DNA of 64,000 bases from Octopus sinensis (Eukaryota), in the NCBI RefSeq assembly GCF_006345805.1, contig NW_021836137.1, positions 136,884-200,883 of the forward strand, given 5' to 3'. The notes under the pieces are model-generated. The model made no database searches. It was not told the origin of the DNA and was given only the letters and a program-made list of their open reading frames with translations. How positions within the stretch are numbered: position 1 is the stretch's first letter; each line of letters opens with the position of its first letter. Position numbers and translations under genes: made by a program. Positions 25,809 to 38,700 of this stretch are shown here, one piece after another.

Positions 25809-26348
25809 GTGAATACAGAATTCAAATTATACAACTCCAACATTGCCCCCACCCCAAAAACAGGTTTTAGAAAATAGTTTCGTTCTGAAGAGATTTATAT
25901 AATTTAATGAAAATGAATGGTGGAATGCTGAATCAGCAAAATTGAGTTCAATTCACATGAGAATGCAAGCTGCAAGTGACAGATGAATTTTACTTTATTT
26001 TTGAAAATAAAATTTGAATAATACCCATAGTAATCAATGTAAACTTGAATGCTAAGCAGAAATGAAATGAGTAATGGTAACAGAAATAACAAATTAAATT
26101 GTTAAGTAAAAAACATATTCATTAAGCAAGAAGCATGTCAGAAAATTGGACAAAGAACTGGTTAAATGTACAGTGAGAGCAGGTAAGTAATATGTATGAC
26201 TATCAGAATAGGTGTAAGTTAAAATGAATAATAATATGTGGAGGTTCAGAAGAATCAGTCATGTGATATATAGTTGTGTACCTTTATGCACTGGGTTCAA
26301 AAGTCAGCAATGTGGACATTGCTTTTTGTTCTCTGGGGGTCAATAAAA

Positions 26349-26990
26349 TCTGTATATCTATAAAAGGCTGGATATGTGTGTGTAGGTGAATGTAATTTAT
26401 GCACATCCACAAATTAGGACGCATGTCACTCCAATTTTAGGAGAACATTCATCACGATCCTAGCTGTATTTTCGTCAAATTATTTTTCCCAAGGCACCCA
26501 TGGATAGCGGTAAAACTCGATTTTCAGCCATAACTTTTACCAATTTTGAAGTTTGCTAATATGAGTTAAGTCCCTTCTTGCCATAGCAAAGTAAAAATGT
26601 GCATATGTGAGGGAGAAAGAAAGAAGTTGTGTGTTGATGTATGTGTGTGAGGGAGAGAGAGAAGTTGTGTGTTGATGTATGTGTGTGTGTGAGGGAGAGA
26701 AAGAGTTTGACAGCATCTAACAAAAAAAAGGTAAAGACAAAGTGTGTGTGAGGGAGAGAGAGTTCTCAAAAGAAAAAAAAAATAATGATGAGTGGAAATA
26801 ATTGATAAACCATTTCCTTATGGGATTTCCCAATCGAATTGCCTGCAACCCATTTTCAGCCAAAGGTTTACCAATTTCAATGGATTTCGCTCAAATTTGA
26901 TGTCAGTGTCACTTATTTTGGTTTGAAATAAAGCGCTTGATCACTTAATAATCCTAACTTAACCCGGGCAACACCGGGCTATACTGCTAG
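26349..26990 (+). mobile_element. non-autonomous Helitron with internal minisatellite
   Basis: A|TCTGTATATCTATAAAAG 5' end, hairpin CCCGG-GCAACA-CCGGG at 26963-26978, CTAG|T end; GTGAGGGAGAGAGAAGTTGTGTGTTGATGT repeats at about 26605-26760. Confidence 0.8.
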
Positions 26991-28484
26991 TAAATACTAA
27001 TTGAACAATGGAATTTAGTTTATTTGTGGCACTCATCCACCAAATTGGAAGTCTTATATCTATGTAATAAATCAATGTTTGATGTGAATGGATGGAGAAA
27101 GATTGAGAGATGAAAGGAAGAGCAGAATTGAAGAAGGTAGCCCAAGTAAATATGTACCTAAAGAGATTGTAAACAATATTCACTTAAAAATTAGACAAAT
27201 AAAATATGCCTAGATGGATAATTATTTACAGTAAACACCACTACTGTACATTGTTTTCATGACCTGCATGAACATATTTGCCACCTTACTCTTCTGATTT
27301 CATAAATTTTACAAAATACACTAAATTTTTCTAGTTAATCTTTCAAGCAATTAACAACAAACAATTATTCACTAAAAGTCAGAATATCTTATCTCTACCA
27401 GCTTAGCACCTTTCCATATAATCTTTCATTATCAACCTATCTTGGCAGAAAAACACATACCAAATTAAAATACAAACTTACAAGTTGGCAAGAGCATTTC
27501 CTCTCTTTCTCTCTCATAAATTTACTTTCAATTCTGAACTGTGTAATATTAATCTGAAACTCTCTTAGAAAAATACTTTTGATAGTTTATTTGAGGATTT
27601 GCTTCCTTTCCTTCATTTCAATGGCTTTTAATTGCAATTAACATGAATTCTGATTAACTATAATATTAAATTAGGGTAAATACTAGCGAAATAACACAAG
27701 ATATAGTAAATATTCTATCCAATGCTTCATAAAAACATTAATGTTCATCACAAATAATTATATTGGTTGATGTAAAAGACAAAGTTATTTTACTTAATAA
27801 TTAATATAATTCTATTTGTTCATATATATTTACATTTTTATATGTTGAACTTATAATTAGATACATAATAACTACTTAATTGTTACACTAAAAACAATAC
27901 AGCACTGATAGATTGTCGGTGGGAATTGATTAGGTAATATAAATGAAATTAATAATGGTACCAGAATATCCACAGTAATATTCGATCTTGTTTCTATTCC
28001 TCTAGAGTAATATCAATTGAGAATTTCTCTTAATTAAAAGGTACCTTAAGAAGAGGAAATTAGAATCAATGTAAAGCAAGTCAGGAAATAGTATATTTTG
28101 AATTAATTATGTGTTGTCTATATATATATCATAACTTCCATTGTTTTCCTTTGTTGTTTCATGTATTTAGAGAAATCTCCTATATAAAGAAGAAAACAAA
28201 AAAAACATTCTCATGCAAAGTGAAAGAATGGAAACAAGTATTTTGGAAATGAAGTATCAAAAATCACCTTATTATGAACCCTGCCTAGCTATGTCTCATT
28301 TCTTGTTATATAAAGAATTTTGAGTTTATATTGTATATGTGCATGTGTGTGTGTCACATTAACATTATTTATGCCTCTTTCCATAATAGAGGTATGCATT
28401 AGACAGGACGTTATTGCCATCCTTCATGGATCAGATAACCACATCTGACTCAAATACTTCATTTTAACTTGGTTTCTACAGCTG

Positions 28485-28604
28485 GATGCCCTTCCTAAGA
28501 CCATACACACATCCTTACATTATTGATGCCCTTCCTAAGACCATACACACATTCTTACATTATTGATGCCCTTCCTAAGACCGTACACTCATTCTTACAT
28601 TATT
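28485..28604. repeat. 40-bp tandem repeat, 3 copies
   Basis: GATGCCCTTCCTAAGACCATACACACATYCTTACATTATT at 28485, 28525 and 28565. Confidence 0.95.
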
Positions 28605-30249
28605 GTTAAAGTTTATTATTTTGTTATTACAAACATCACATTGTATATCAACAAAAATGCATTTTTTTAAATACTGTATATTGTGTATTGTGTGTGTGTG
28701 TATAAGATACTGTATAATCCAATACTCTATTTGTTTCCATAATAACCATTCTCATTTTGGAGATTACAAACATCAGGAAATATTTATTTCTTGCGGATCA
28801 TTGTATTATCTAGGTAATATCAAATTTTAAAAAAGCTAAAACAGAAGAGATGCCAGAAATATATCATACTGGGTTTTTGGGCATTAGATAGGAAGATCCT
28901 TTCAGCATAACATTGTTTTATTATACATGCTACCATGCTTCTTGTATATTGTTGTTATGGTGACAGCTGTAACCACTCTGATACAGCCATATCCATGTAA
29001 AACAGATAACTCGATGAGAGTAAAAGTAAATACACATTAATTCATAAACATTTGTAAATAGTTTAAGTTTTATGCTTGCAGTTAATTCAGATATACTAGA
29101 TTTTGAACTATCATTTCCATTCATAAGCAGTCATTTTCAGATATCATGGGAATTTTGTATGGATGGTCAACACAATATTGTAATGGTTAACCATCAAATA
29201 TATTTGTTTTATAAAGTAATAATAATCCTGGAGAAAATTTGACCTTAAAAATGTTTCAATTCCGATCAGCAGTAAAGAATTTATTGCATACTTGGCCAAG
29301 ATAATACTGTAACATATCTAGCTCTAAATAAGCACTACAGATATTATAATTAACTAATGTCAGCAACAACATGAGGAACTGCATTGTGCTTGCTTGAAGT
29401 TTTAGAAATAGTAACCAAACAATCCTCAAATAGTAAAATAACTTTCTTTGAAAAGAAAGAACATATTGGACATTGCAGTCTTAGATGCCTGAAAAAAGAA
29501 TGAGGGTTGGTCATGGACAGTAGATGAAAAACAATAAACTAACCTAGAGAAGATTTCTATCAAATCCTCTTAATACTATTGAAAACCAGAGATCTGCACT
29601 GGCCTTATAGATCCTTACAATTCAGATAGCATTAGCTTGTTACTGTCTTAATGCTTTAGTTTCTCAAATGGCTAGATAGTTCAGCTTTTCTTCAAGCAGT
29701 ATTATAAGAGGTATCATGAGGTCATCATGCAATTTCTTAACAACTTACATTGCCTCAATGACTGTGATGATTACTAAACTGGTGGGATTTTTACCATGAT
29801 GATTATTTCTATATGTTCTTCCATCTTCTTTTTATAAATCATAAAACATAGAATTTACCATTACCACAGGATACTGCAAATTTCAGCTAAAACTGAAATG
29901 GGTTCCTTTCACATATTTGCGAAAAAAGGTATTATCTGCTCTTATAAATGAAGTTTTTCATTACCACTTACCTGAAAAATACAAAAACAAAAAATGCAAT
30001 GTAGATTTTATTTCTAAATACATGAAAATTAACAAATTATCAAATTGCAAAAACAATATATTGAAAATTAGAGAAATCAAATAGAATTTTTTTTAAATAC
30101 ACTATTGGACAATTCTCCCTTTACTTCTAATTTTTGTTACCTTTGGTCCCAACTTAAACCTATACAACACCTACTATTAACACAGAAACAACACTGACTA
30201 GTCACCTCTGAGACACTACTCATTCATCCCTAATCTCCATATCATCTCT

Positions 30250-30800
30250 CTTGTTCAGGCTAATTTTACATATTTTTTTTTTCAAAATCATACAAAATTT
30301 ATAGTCACTCCTGAACATTTAGAACAAAATCATGCTATGCTAATTCACGTACTGTATCCTCTCCAAACTATTCCAATCACTGTATACTATTCTGCAACCA
30401 AGATAGTTTTATATGCAGCACCATAAAAGGCAGTGAATTTGCTGGCAGACCTGCTTCCAACACAACAGAGCAAAAATTCAACAAACCTTCTACATACTCT
30501 CCATCTCTGCTCCATCAGCCTCAATATCACATACACAAAGCTGGTTGCATTACTCGAACAATTCTTCAGTCACTACTGTTCAATAAAGCAACCAATTCTT
30601 AGAAGGGTTATTTCCTGAGATAGCACTAATCTTACCAAACTCTTAAATCTCTCTCTCTCTCTAAAGGTAGTATCTCACCCAAGCTATAGAATAGCATGAC
30701 ACTATGTCCAATTCCCAAGGAAAACTATTACTCTGAACCTACCAGTTCCTCCTATACTTCCACTAGTTTCAACAACTCAAAGATGATTGAAACAATCGAA
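30250..30800 (+). mobile_element. decayed CR1/L2-like LINE fragment
   Basis: KL*NSMTLCPIPKENYYSEPTS resembles WK.A.V.PIPKKG..SDP.NYRP. Confidence 0.5.
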
Positions 30801-31164
30801 AACAACAACATTCTGGTGTCTCCTACACTTTTCAAGAATCAGTAGCATTATTTCTGCAAAGTGCCTCTTCAGAGATCTACAGAGTTCACAGATGGTTCTC
30901 CTGCTTTTGATAACTTGATGAAAGCAAGACTGTTATCTTGAACTAAAGCAAACCATATTATGTTGTCTTCCAGTTGGTTCTATTCTTCATAATCTCATGA
31001 ATTGGATGCTAGTTCATCAGGTATTTTTGCAGTCTAAATTTCGACAAACTCAGAATTGTGCCATGGTTTAGTTATGTCTTTCATGCTCTTTTGTTTACAC
31101 TAAATTTCATAATTTAGGGGACATTATAACCAAGTTACCCAACACATTTACCTCTCTCCCCTCA

Positions 31165-31530
31165 CCCTAATAATGGCTGTGAGGTAAGAATCTTGCTTCC
31201 CAACCAAATGATTTCAGGTTCAGTCCCATTGCTTAAGAACTTGGGCAACTGTCTTCTACTATAGCCTGAGGCTGACCAAAGCCTTGTGAGTTGATTTGGC
31301 AGAGAGAAACTGAATAGAAATCTGTCGTGTGTGTGTGTGTGCTTGTCTTCCACAACTGCTTGACTACTGGTGTTGCTTTGTTTATGTCCCTATAACCTAG
31401 TGGTTCCATGAAAGAGGCCAATAGAATAAGTACCAGACTTTTAAAAAATTAAGCACTGAGGTCAATTCATTCAAAATAAAATTCAAGTTGCTGCCCTGGC
31501 ATAGCACAATCTGATGGCTGAACCAAATAA
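31165..31530 (+). mobile_element. tRNA-derived SINE (59250 family)
   Basis: GGCTGTGAGGTAAGAATCTTGCTTCCCAACC..TTCAGTCCCA..TATAGCCTGAGGCTGACCAAAGCCTTGTGAG..GATAGAATAAGTACC. Confidence 0.85.
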
Positions 31531-34500
31531 AAAAATTAAAAGATCCTTCTTTCATCAATTTCTATTCATTGTGCTAAACACTTCACTCAATTATTTTTTC
31601 ATTAGATCTGTGCCCACCTTTTTCTTACCTATGTTTTAAAATAAAAATTTAAACTGAACATCATCAATATGAACTCTACCAGAACAGAAAAGCATACAGA
31701 AGTCAGGGATGCCACATACTCTCAATAGACAAAATTTTAAAAATACACAGGTGTGTGTTTGGGTATGTTGAAAAATAATCTTTATCACAAAAATGGGATT
31801 TATCTCACTGTTATACCACATTATCAAAATAAAATAAACTGTGCTATATATAATGGGTAACTGACGCCCCTTTTAACAACTCTTGGATAACTGAACAGGG
31901 TCAGAACCTGAATTAATTGCATGAAATATTTAGCCATATGCATTTTATAGCAATGTATTTTTCCTGTCAAATCCATTTATCACTTTATAATTTTCTGCAA
32001 GGTTAATTAAGTCAAGTAAAGAGGTTTATCTAAGGGCACAACACATTACTGGTAATAAACTTTGAGCTTATGGCCTTCAAGTGAATAATGCAAAATCTCA
32101 ATCATTTGATCATACTTTTTTATATCTTTTATCAGAAATTAAAATTTTCTTAAAATGATTTCACTTAAAATGAAACATATTTTTGATAAAATCCATCTAC
32201 AGGAGCAAAAATGATACTACATATATAAATGGAAGCTATTAAGAACACGATTATGCATAAGAAGTTAACAGCTATTCCATAAATGTATATAATATATAGA
32301 AAATAAACTGAACATTATGAATGAAAAACAAATGTTTAAGAGATAGCATCCTTTTAAACAAAGTGCTGTATTCATTCCTCACTTACTAGATGATGATGAT
32401 GATGATGATGATAACAACAACACAGATGATGATGATGAGTAAATAGTGGTGATGGTGATAATGATATATTATGGGGTTTGTTATTTTGTATCAGATTTGT
32501 TTCAGATCTTTGTAGCTCTTGCCTTACAGGATCCATTTTTGATAGAATCTTGCCACGCCGATAATAATATAATGCCCAGAGACATCAATTAAAGAGAGAG
32601 ATTCTGATGACAAAAATCAGGAATTTCTCTCACTTACAATATTCACACATTCTTACAGTCACGAACACTTTTATGCTGATGGAAATGAAAACATAGTTTT
32701 ACTTCATAGTTTTGATTGCTACATGCTTCCAAGATATATGGATGCTAACTGCATTTAACTTGAATATTATTACAGACTGTTATCAAATTAATGTATGTGC
32801 ACAAACTTTGTATACATGAATGTGTATGTACAGTCAAATGTAAGTATATATATATGTGTGTGTATGAGAGGAGCTATCTATGTGCAACTCAAGTTGTTTA
32901 TATATGTGAGTATGTTTTCAATCCTTAATAGTTTGGCTTTCATGACAATGTCGAAATTTACTCTGCAACTGGCATGCTTATAAAGACATATTCTTCTTTT
33001 ATGTAAATATATAACGTAAAATACTGAAATAACAAAATCAAGGGCATTAACGGAAACTAAAGATGGAAAAAGTGCTGAAAGACTTGAAGAAGAAAGTTGG
33101 AGGTATAGAAGTTACAAGAAAGATCATGAAGAATTATAATAGCTATGTGCTTTCATATACTGTACTAATTTAAAGAAAACCATGACAAACATTCTCTTAC
33201 ACCCAATAGTTGTAAAGAGAAAATAACAGATTATATTCAGAATATTGATTTATTTTTTCAACAACCAGTTTCTCTATATTATATACCTATAATTTCTTGA
33301 GAAATCAGAATATATTTTGACGACTATAGTAGATATAATTTATGTATTTAATTATCATTTGTCTGCCATGTTATAATGAGGCAAATATATTTACAAGAAT
33401 TATAACAGCAATTTATTTTAAAGCTAGATGCTAATAGCCTTCTCTCAACTAACTCACTGATGATGGCCTATATTTTTAAGGCAAGCTGTATTAAATATGA
33501 ATCTCATAAATACAAACATTGTGCCAGTCACAATATTTTAAGTCAAATGTATTATCACCAATGCAACTACTCTCTTATGTTCATATGACACCATAGGAAT
33601 ACATTTGTTGAAAATGTATTCATACGTTTATACTATATTACATGCTGATAGCCTGAGAAAGGTAAGTTATTCTGATGTTTAATTCATATATACAAACACT
33701 AATTTACATATTAATGAATAAAGAAGGAGAATAGACAAAACAAAATATTTGGTTGTTAACTCCATATTATTCTGGAGTTTTATTTTTGTGAAAGACATTT
33801 TGAGTAATTATTGCTCATTGTCTTTTGTTGTTGTTGTTTTTTTCTTACGGCAAGAACACAGTAAGAAATGAGAAAAAAATTGCTAAAAAGTGGTAATATG
33901 AGTAACGAATGTAATTTCTTAGTACACAAACTTGACAGAAGCAATACACAGCCAATTTAATGAAGCACACTACTTAAATAATACTAAGTTTGTATATTAA
34001 TAACTTCTATATTACATATTGATAGAAGCTCAAACAGTAAAAATCAAGGAAAATATAACACTACACTTTGGTTTCACACACTTAAAATGAAATGGACCTT
34101 ATGAATTTTTAAAATCTCCATTGAAAAAGAAAAAGAAGTTAAACACAGTAGTTAGGAATATTCAGCATTCAGAAAATTGTAATTTTAGAAGGGGCAAGTT
34201 GTATGATTTTAAGTAAGAAGTAAGCCTGATGGGTTGTGTCAAAAACTGCTTCTATACAGAGAAAAAAGTAAAATAAAGATGATCAATATCTAATAATCAA
34301 TATCTAAGTAAATGAATATTTCATAAATTAATGAACTTATATTGTTTGTTGATTTTGCTATGACCAAATATTTCATAATATGAAAATACAAGATTACTGA
34401 TTTGTCTGAGTTTAAAATTTATATTTTAACAAGAATAAGAAATGTGAGACAAAATAGCAAATAGGAATTCTTTGAATCAAGGGGTTCTTTAATCACAGTA

Positions 34501-34621
34501 AATGTTAACTAAATTGAAATTTACAACATTTTGATTAAGCCCATTATAACATGGAAAATAGTTATATGCTCATTGTACATACTGCTACTGTTACAGATGA
34601 AGATTAATTTTCTATAAGTCT

Positions 34622-35010
34622 GGAATGGGATGGAAGCACTCCGTCGGTTACGACGACGAGGGTTCCGGTTGATCCGAATCAACGGAACAGCCTGCTCGTG
34701 AAATTAACGTGTAAGTGGATGAGCACTCCACAGACACGTGTACCCTTAATGTAGTTCTCGGGGATATTCAGCGTGACACAGGGAGTGACAAGGCTGGCCC
34801 TTTGAAATACAGGTACAACAGAAACAGGAAGTAAGAGTGAGAGAAAGTTGTGGTGAAAGAGTACAGCAGGGATCACCACCATCCCCTGCCAGAGCCTCGT
34901 GGAGCTTTAGGTGTTTTCGCTCAATAAACACTCACAACGCCCGGTCTGGGAATCGAAACCGCGATCCTATGACCGTGAGTCTGCTGCCCTAACCACTGGG
35001 CCATTGCGCC
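34622..35010 (-). mobile_element. young full-length tRNA-derived SINE with TSD
   Basis: A box TGGCCCAGTGG, B box GGTTTCGATTCCC on the minus strand; TSD TCTATAAGTCT at 34611-34621 and 35011-35021; CpGs retained. Confidence 0.92.
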
Positions 35011-35670
35011 TCTATAAGTCTACCTGTCATCCCACTACACTTGTGTGTCCATATCTTAATTTAGGTACAGCACATGAAGTTTATGGCTTTTGTTTTCAGC
35101 TTATACATATACCAGTGTGTTTTCAATAGAATATGGTGACTATCATTTTATAATTCTTTTAGTAAAATAATAATTCCAGAAAATAGAAATAATAGTTCAA
35201 AATAATCTCTAAAATAGCTTTAAAATCATTGCAGAAATATGGTTGTTTTTTCTATTTTGTGTGTGTGTGTGCATGTGCATCTGCAATAATTCACTTTTGC
35301 TTCAAATGCTTTTTTGAATGAACAGATAATATCAAATCCTCTCATTAAAACCATTCCAGTTCATAATTACTGATAACTAACCAACTTTAATTTAATTTTA
35401 ATTACAAATAAAACAATTAAAAATTACAATATTTACTTCTTAAATGAAAAATTGCAGCTACACACAGACACTAATGGTCAAACATAGTAGTTGTGCAACA
35501 GAAATATTTATTGCCTTGACAGAGAAGGTAGTTTCTTACAGCTGAAAATCTTGAGAGTGGTAATTCTTTTCTTTCTTTCTGTCTTAATAACAAATATAAA
35601 AAATAAACAGAACAAAACTGAACTGAGTTCAGAAACTTAAACAGAGACAATACTTTTCAACAACCCTGTA

Positions 35671-35998
35671 AAGACCCCCTTCGGTCATGAATGACCATGG
35701 GATTGCACCTAGAAAGTTACCCTCCTAGACACAAGTCCGGGCAAGGTTGTTTATGGAAACCAGCAGTCGCCCATGCATACCAGCCTCCCCTCTCCACGCC
35801 ACCAGTGTTATCCAAGGGAAAGACAAAGGTCGATACAGCTTGGCACCTGTGATGTCGCAATTCATTTCTACAGCTGAGTGAACTGGAGCAACGTGAAATA
35901 AAGTGCCTTGCTCAAGAACACAACATCCAGCCCGGTCCGGGATTCAAGCTCACAACCTCACGATCGTAAGCTCGACGCTCTAACCACTGAGCTATGCG
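35671..35998 (-). mobile_element. young tRNA-derived SINE, second family
   Basis: minus head GGCGCATAGCTCAGTGGTTAGAGCGTCG..GCTTGAATCCC, then CTTGAGCAAGGCACTTTATTTCACGTTGCTCCAG core; possible CCTGTA TSD. Confidence 0.9.
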
Positions 35999-37614
35999 CC
36001 TGTACCAAGCATATAATTAAATGTTTGGGATTACCAAGAACCAGACTTCAATGATTATTAACAATATGTAATTCTCACGCTTCTTGATTAAGGACCTGAC
36101 TATAGAGAAATCACCTAACTCAAAATGTACTTTCTTCAGGGTTTAATGTATATTAACAAATGTGGGTGGGGGAAGAAAAAATGATTTTAGATATGCATTA
36201 TATTTAATAGCCTGTATGCTTGTGGGTACAAGAATTATGAAGACAAATTTATATGTTGCAATCTCATACAATGACAAAAACTGTTATAGCATTCTTTACA
36301 TACACATTAGCCAAGCTGCTTTGGTGTGTCATATTCTATATCATCAACAACATCATCATCATCACCATTAACCATATTATCATCACTATGACTACTATCG
36401 TTTGCACCACTATCTAACCTACATAATGTCTATTCATTTGCTCACAAGTATCAGATAGTCTGTCTTAGCCAAAAAAAAAAAACCAATCTAAAGATTGGTC
36501 CTCTCTTTATTGTGTTGTCTTCTGTTGATTCATTCCTTTCTTTCCCAAGCAACTTTGTAGCAGAGAGCTAGAAGAAGAATAGAAAAGCAACAAAGAGAGA
36601 TTAGGGTGGAGCGGGGAGGAGAGGAAAATGTGAGTAACAAGAGAGTAAGAGGAGGTGACATAACAAAGTCACATTACATCTGTTGGTCATAGTAAATAGA
36701 AGCAACATGACCAAGAGGGTGGTGAAATAAAAGACAAGTGAAGTGATAGAATAGTGAAGGAGGGAATGAAAGACAGCTAGATGATGACTATTGGTAAAGG
36801 GATTGAATAAGAACAGTATGAAAAACATGTCAGAAGAGGGAAAGAATAACTGCAGAGGCACAAGGGGCATAGTGAAATTACTGGTAGGCTTAGAGTCAAA
36901 AATCTTCATATGTGGCATATGTATAGCAGCAGTTAGCCATAAGAGTACATATGAAAATGATTCCTTTGAGCATATGCTCAAAAGGCTCTCTAGAAGTCAT
37001 TGATAGATTGTATTATCTCAATGATCCTAATCAGCTGTGGAAATAGATGCAAGAAAAAAACGAGAGGGTGACAGAAGAAAACAAATGAAGCATGTCACTA
37101 ATGAGTGATAGAAAAAGAGATAAAAATCCTTAAAATCCTTAAAAATGTTTTAGCCTGAAGGCCGCGGCCATGCTGGGGCACCACTGCTGAATGAGCCACA
37201 CTAATTTGTGAATCCACCTCTGATACGTGGCACTTGATCAACAAGGGAGTTCGATGCTGCTGCCCGCATGTGTCTCCTGTCGTGAGGTAGGTTCATCTGG
37301 GACTCCCGACAAGAAGAGATCCAGTTTAGTTTTAAAGAAACCCACATCCACACCATGTAAGTCTCTCAGGCATTTAGGGAGATATGCGAGAAAGAGAGAG
37401 AGAGTGATTATTAAGGCAGCTAACTGGCAGAACTGTTAGCACATCTGAAAGAATGCATAGTGGCATTTTGTTTGTCTTTACATTCCAAGTTCATACGATA
37501 CTCATGCTGACTTTGCCTTTCATCTTTCCGTGATTGATAAAATAAGTACCAACTCAGCACTACAATCAGTTGTCCACCTCCCACAAAGTTTCAGACCTTG
37601 TGCCTACAATAGAA

Positions 37615-38130
37615 ATCATCATCATCATTATAATCATCATTTTATGAGTGCTTTTCCATGCTTGCATGAGTCGGATGGGTCTTCTACATCACAGTATATT
37701 TGCCATTTGTTGCAATCCTTTGTGCATCTCCTTCATAAGGTTGAGGCTTCTGAAGCCAGTTTTATCAATACATCCCATGTTTTACTTGAACTTCTACTTC
37801 TAGAACTTCCATTCAATTTGAGTACTGAGTACTTATTTATACAGCTGTGTTGCATATAGCGGATTCCTATATTTATAAGCAGTCTCCATATGCATCAAAT
37901 GTTTGCTGCAATGCAGTCTTCTTACTTTCACATTACATCTGATTTGTCTTATAACAAGTTTTTTTCTCTCAGCTTTTGTATTTGTTATTCAAGCAAACTT
38001 ACAATGTATATCCGACTGATTATACTCACTTTCAAGACTATGTAAATCCCCCACATTCAAGGCCCACATCTTGCTACCATGTAGTATCGTATTTCATACA
38101 CAAGCATTATAAAATCTTCCCCTGACATAG
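37615..38130 (-). mobile_element. RTE-clade LINE 3' end
   Basis: minus reading RGRFYNACV*NTILHGSKMWAL..SKTWD.. followed by a (GAT)n tail. Confidence 0.75.
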
Positions 38131-38399
38131 AGACAGGCCCCCCTCCCCCATTAATGCCAGAAATGGTAACACTCCCTAAGCTCTTCCCACATTTTATTAT
38201 TCTTGCTACTATACTTTTAGAATGCCCACCTCTAATCAGAGATATTGGGATTTTGTGATTTCTTAAAGGGAAAATTGGTTTATTATCTAATCAGCTGAAA
38301 AAGATGAGAGATTTGTACCAAAGGAAGGAATACTATAAGTAGCTTCCATATTAGTGGGATGTAAAGGATGTAGTTTAGGTTGGATGAAATTGACAGATT

Positions 38400-38700
38400 T
38401 ATAATTATATGTTTTTGGTTGTTTCATGCTGAGGCCGTCCTTTAAAGGTTGTGGGTTGGTCATGTCAATTCTGGAAGTATTTCAGTCAAGTGGTTATTTT
38501 ATTGATTTCCATTTATCAGATGGCTATGAAAAGGTAACTCAATGTATCAGTTTACACTGATACACACACACACAGTTTCTACCCACCAAATTCCATTCCC
38601 AAGGCACACATCAACCAAATGCTGAAGTGGAAGACATCTGTGCAAGGTGCTACACATTGAAATCAATCCAGGAACCACTTAGTTGTGAAACCAACTTCTT
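38400..38700 (-). mobile_element. decayed SINE
   Basis: TTGTTTCATGCTGAGGCC..CTACCCACCAAATTCC..GCAAGGTGCTACAC, reverse of the 59250 family. Confidence 0.6.

Noticed and set aside
28485-28604. Direct repeats as a CRISPR-like array
   Set aside because: The units are contiguous with no unique spacers, in a eukaryotic context.
34930-36000. tRNA-like A/B boxes as tRNA genes
   Set aside because: They continue into SINE bodies, with a TSD in one case, and do not close a cloverleaf acceptor stem.
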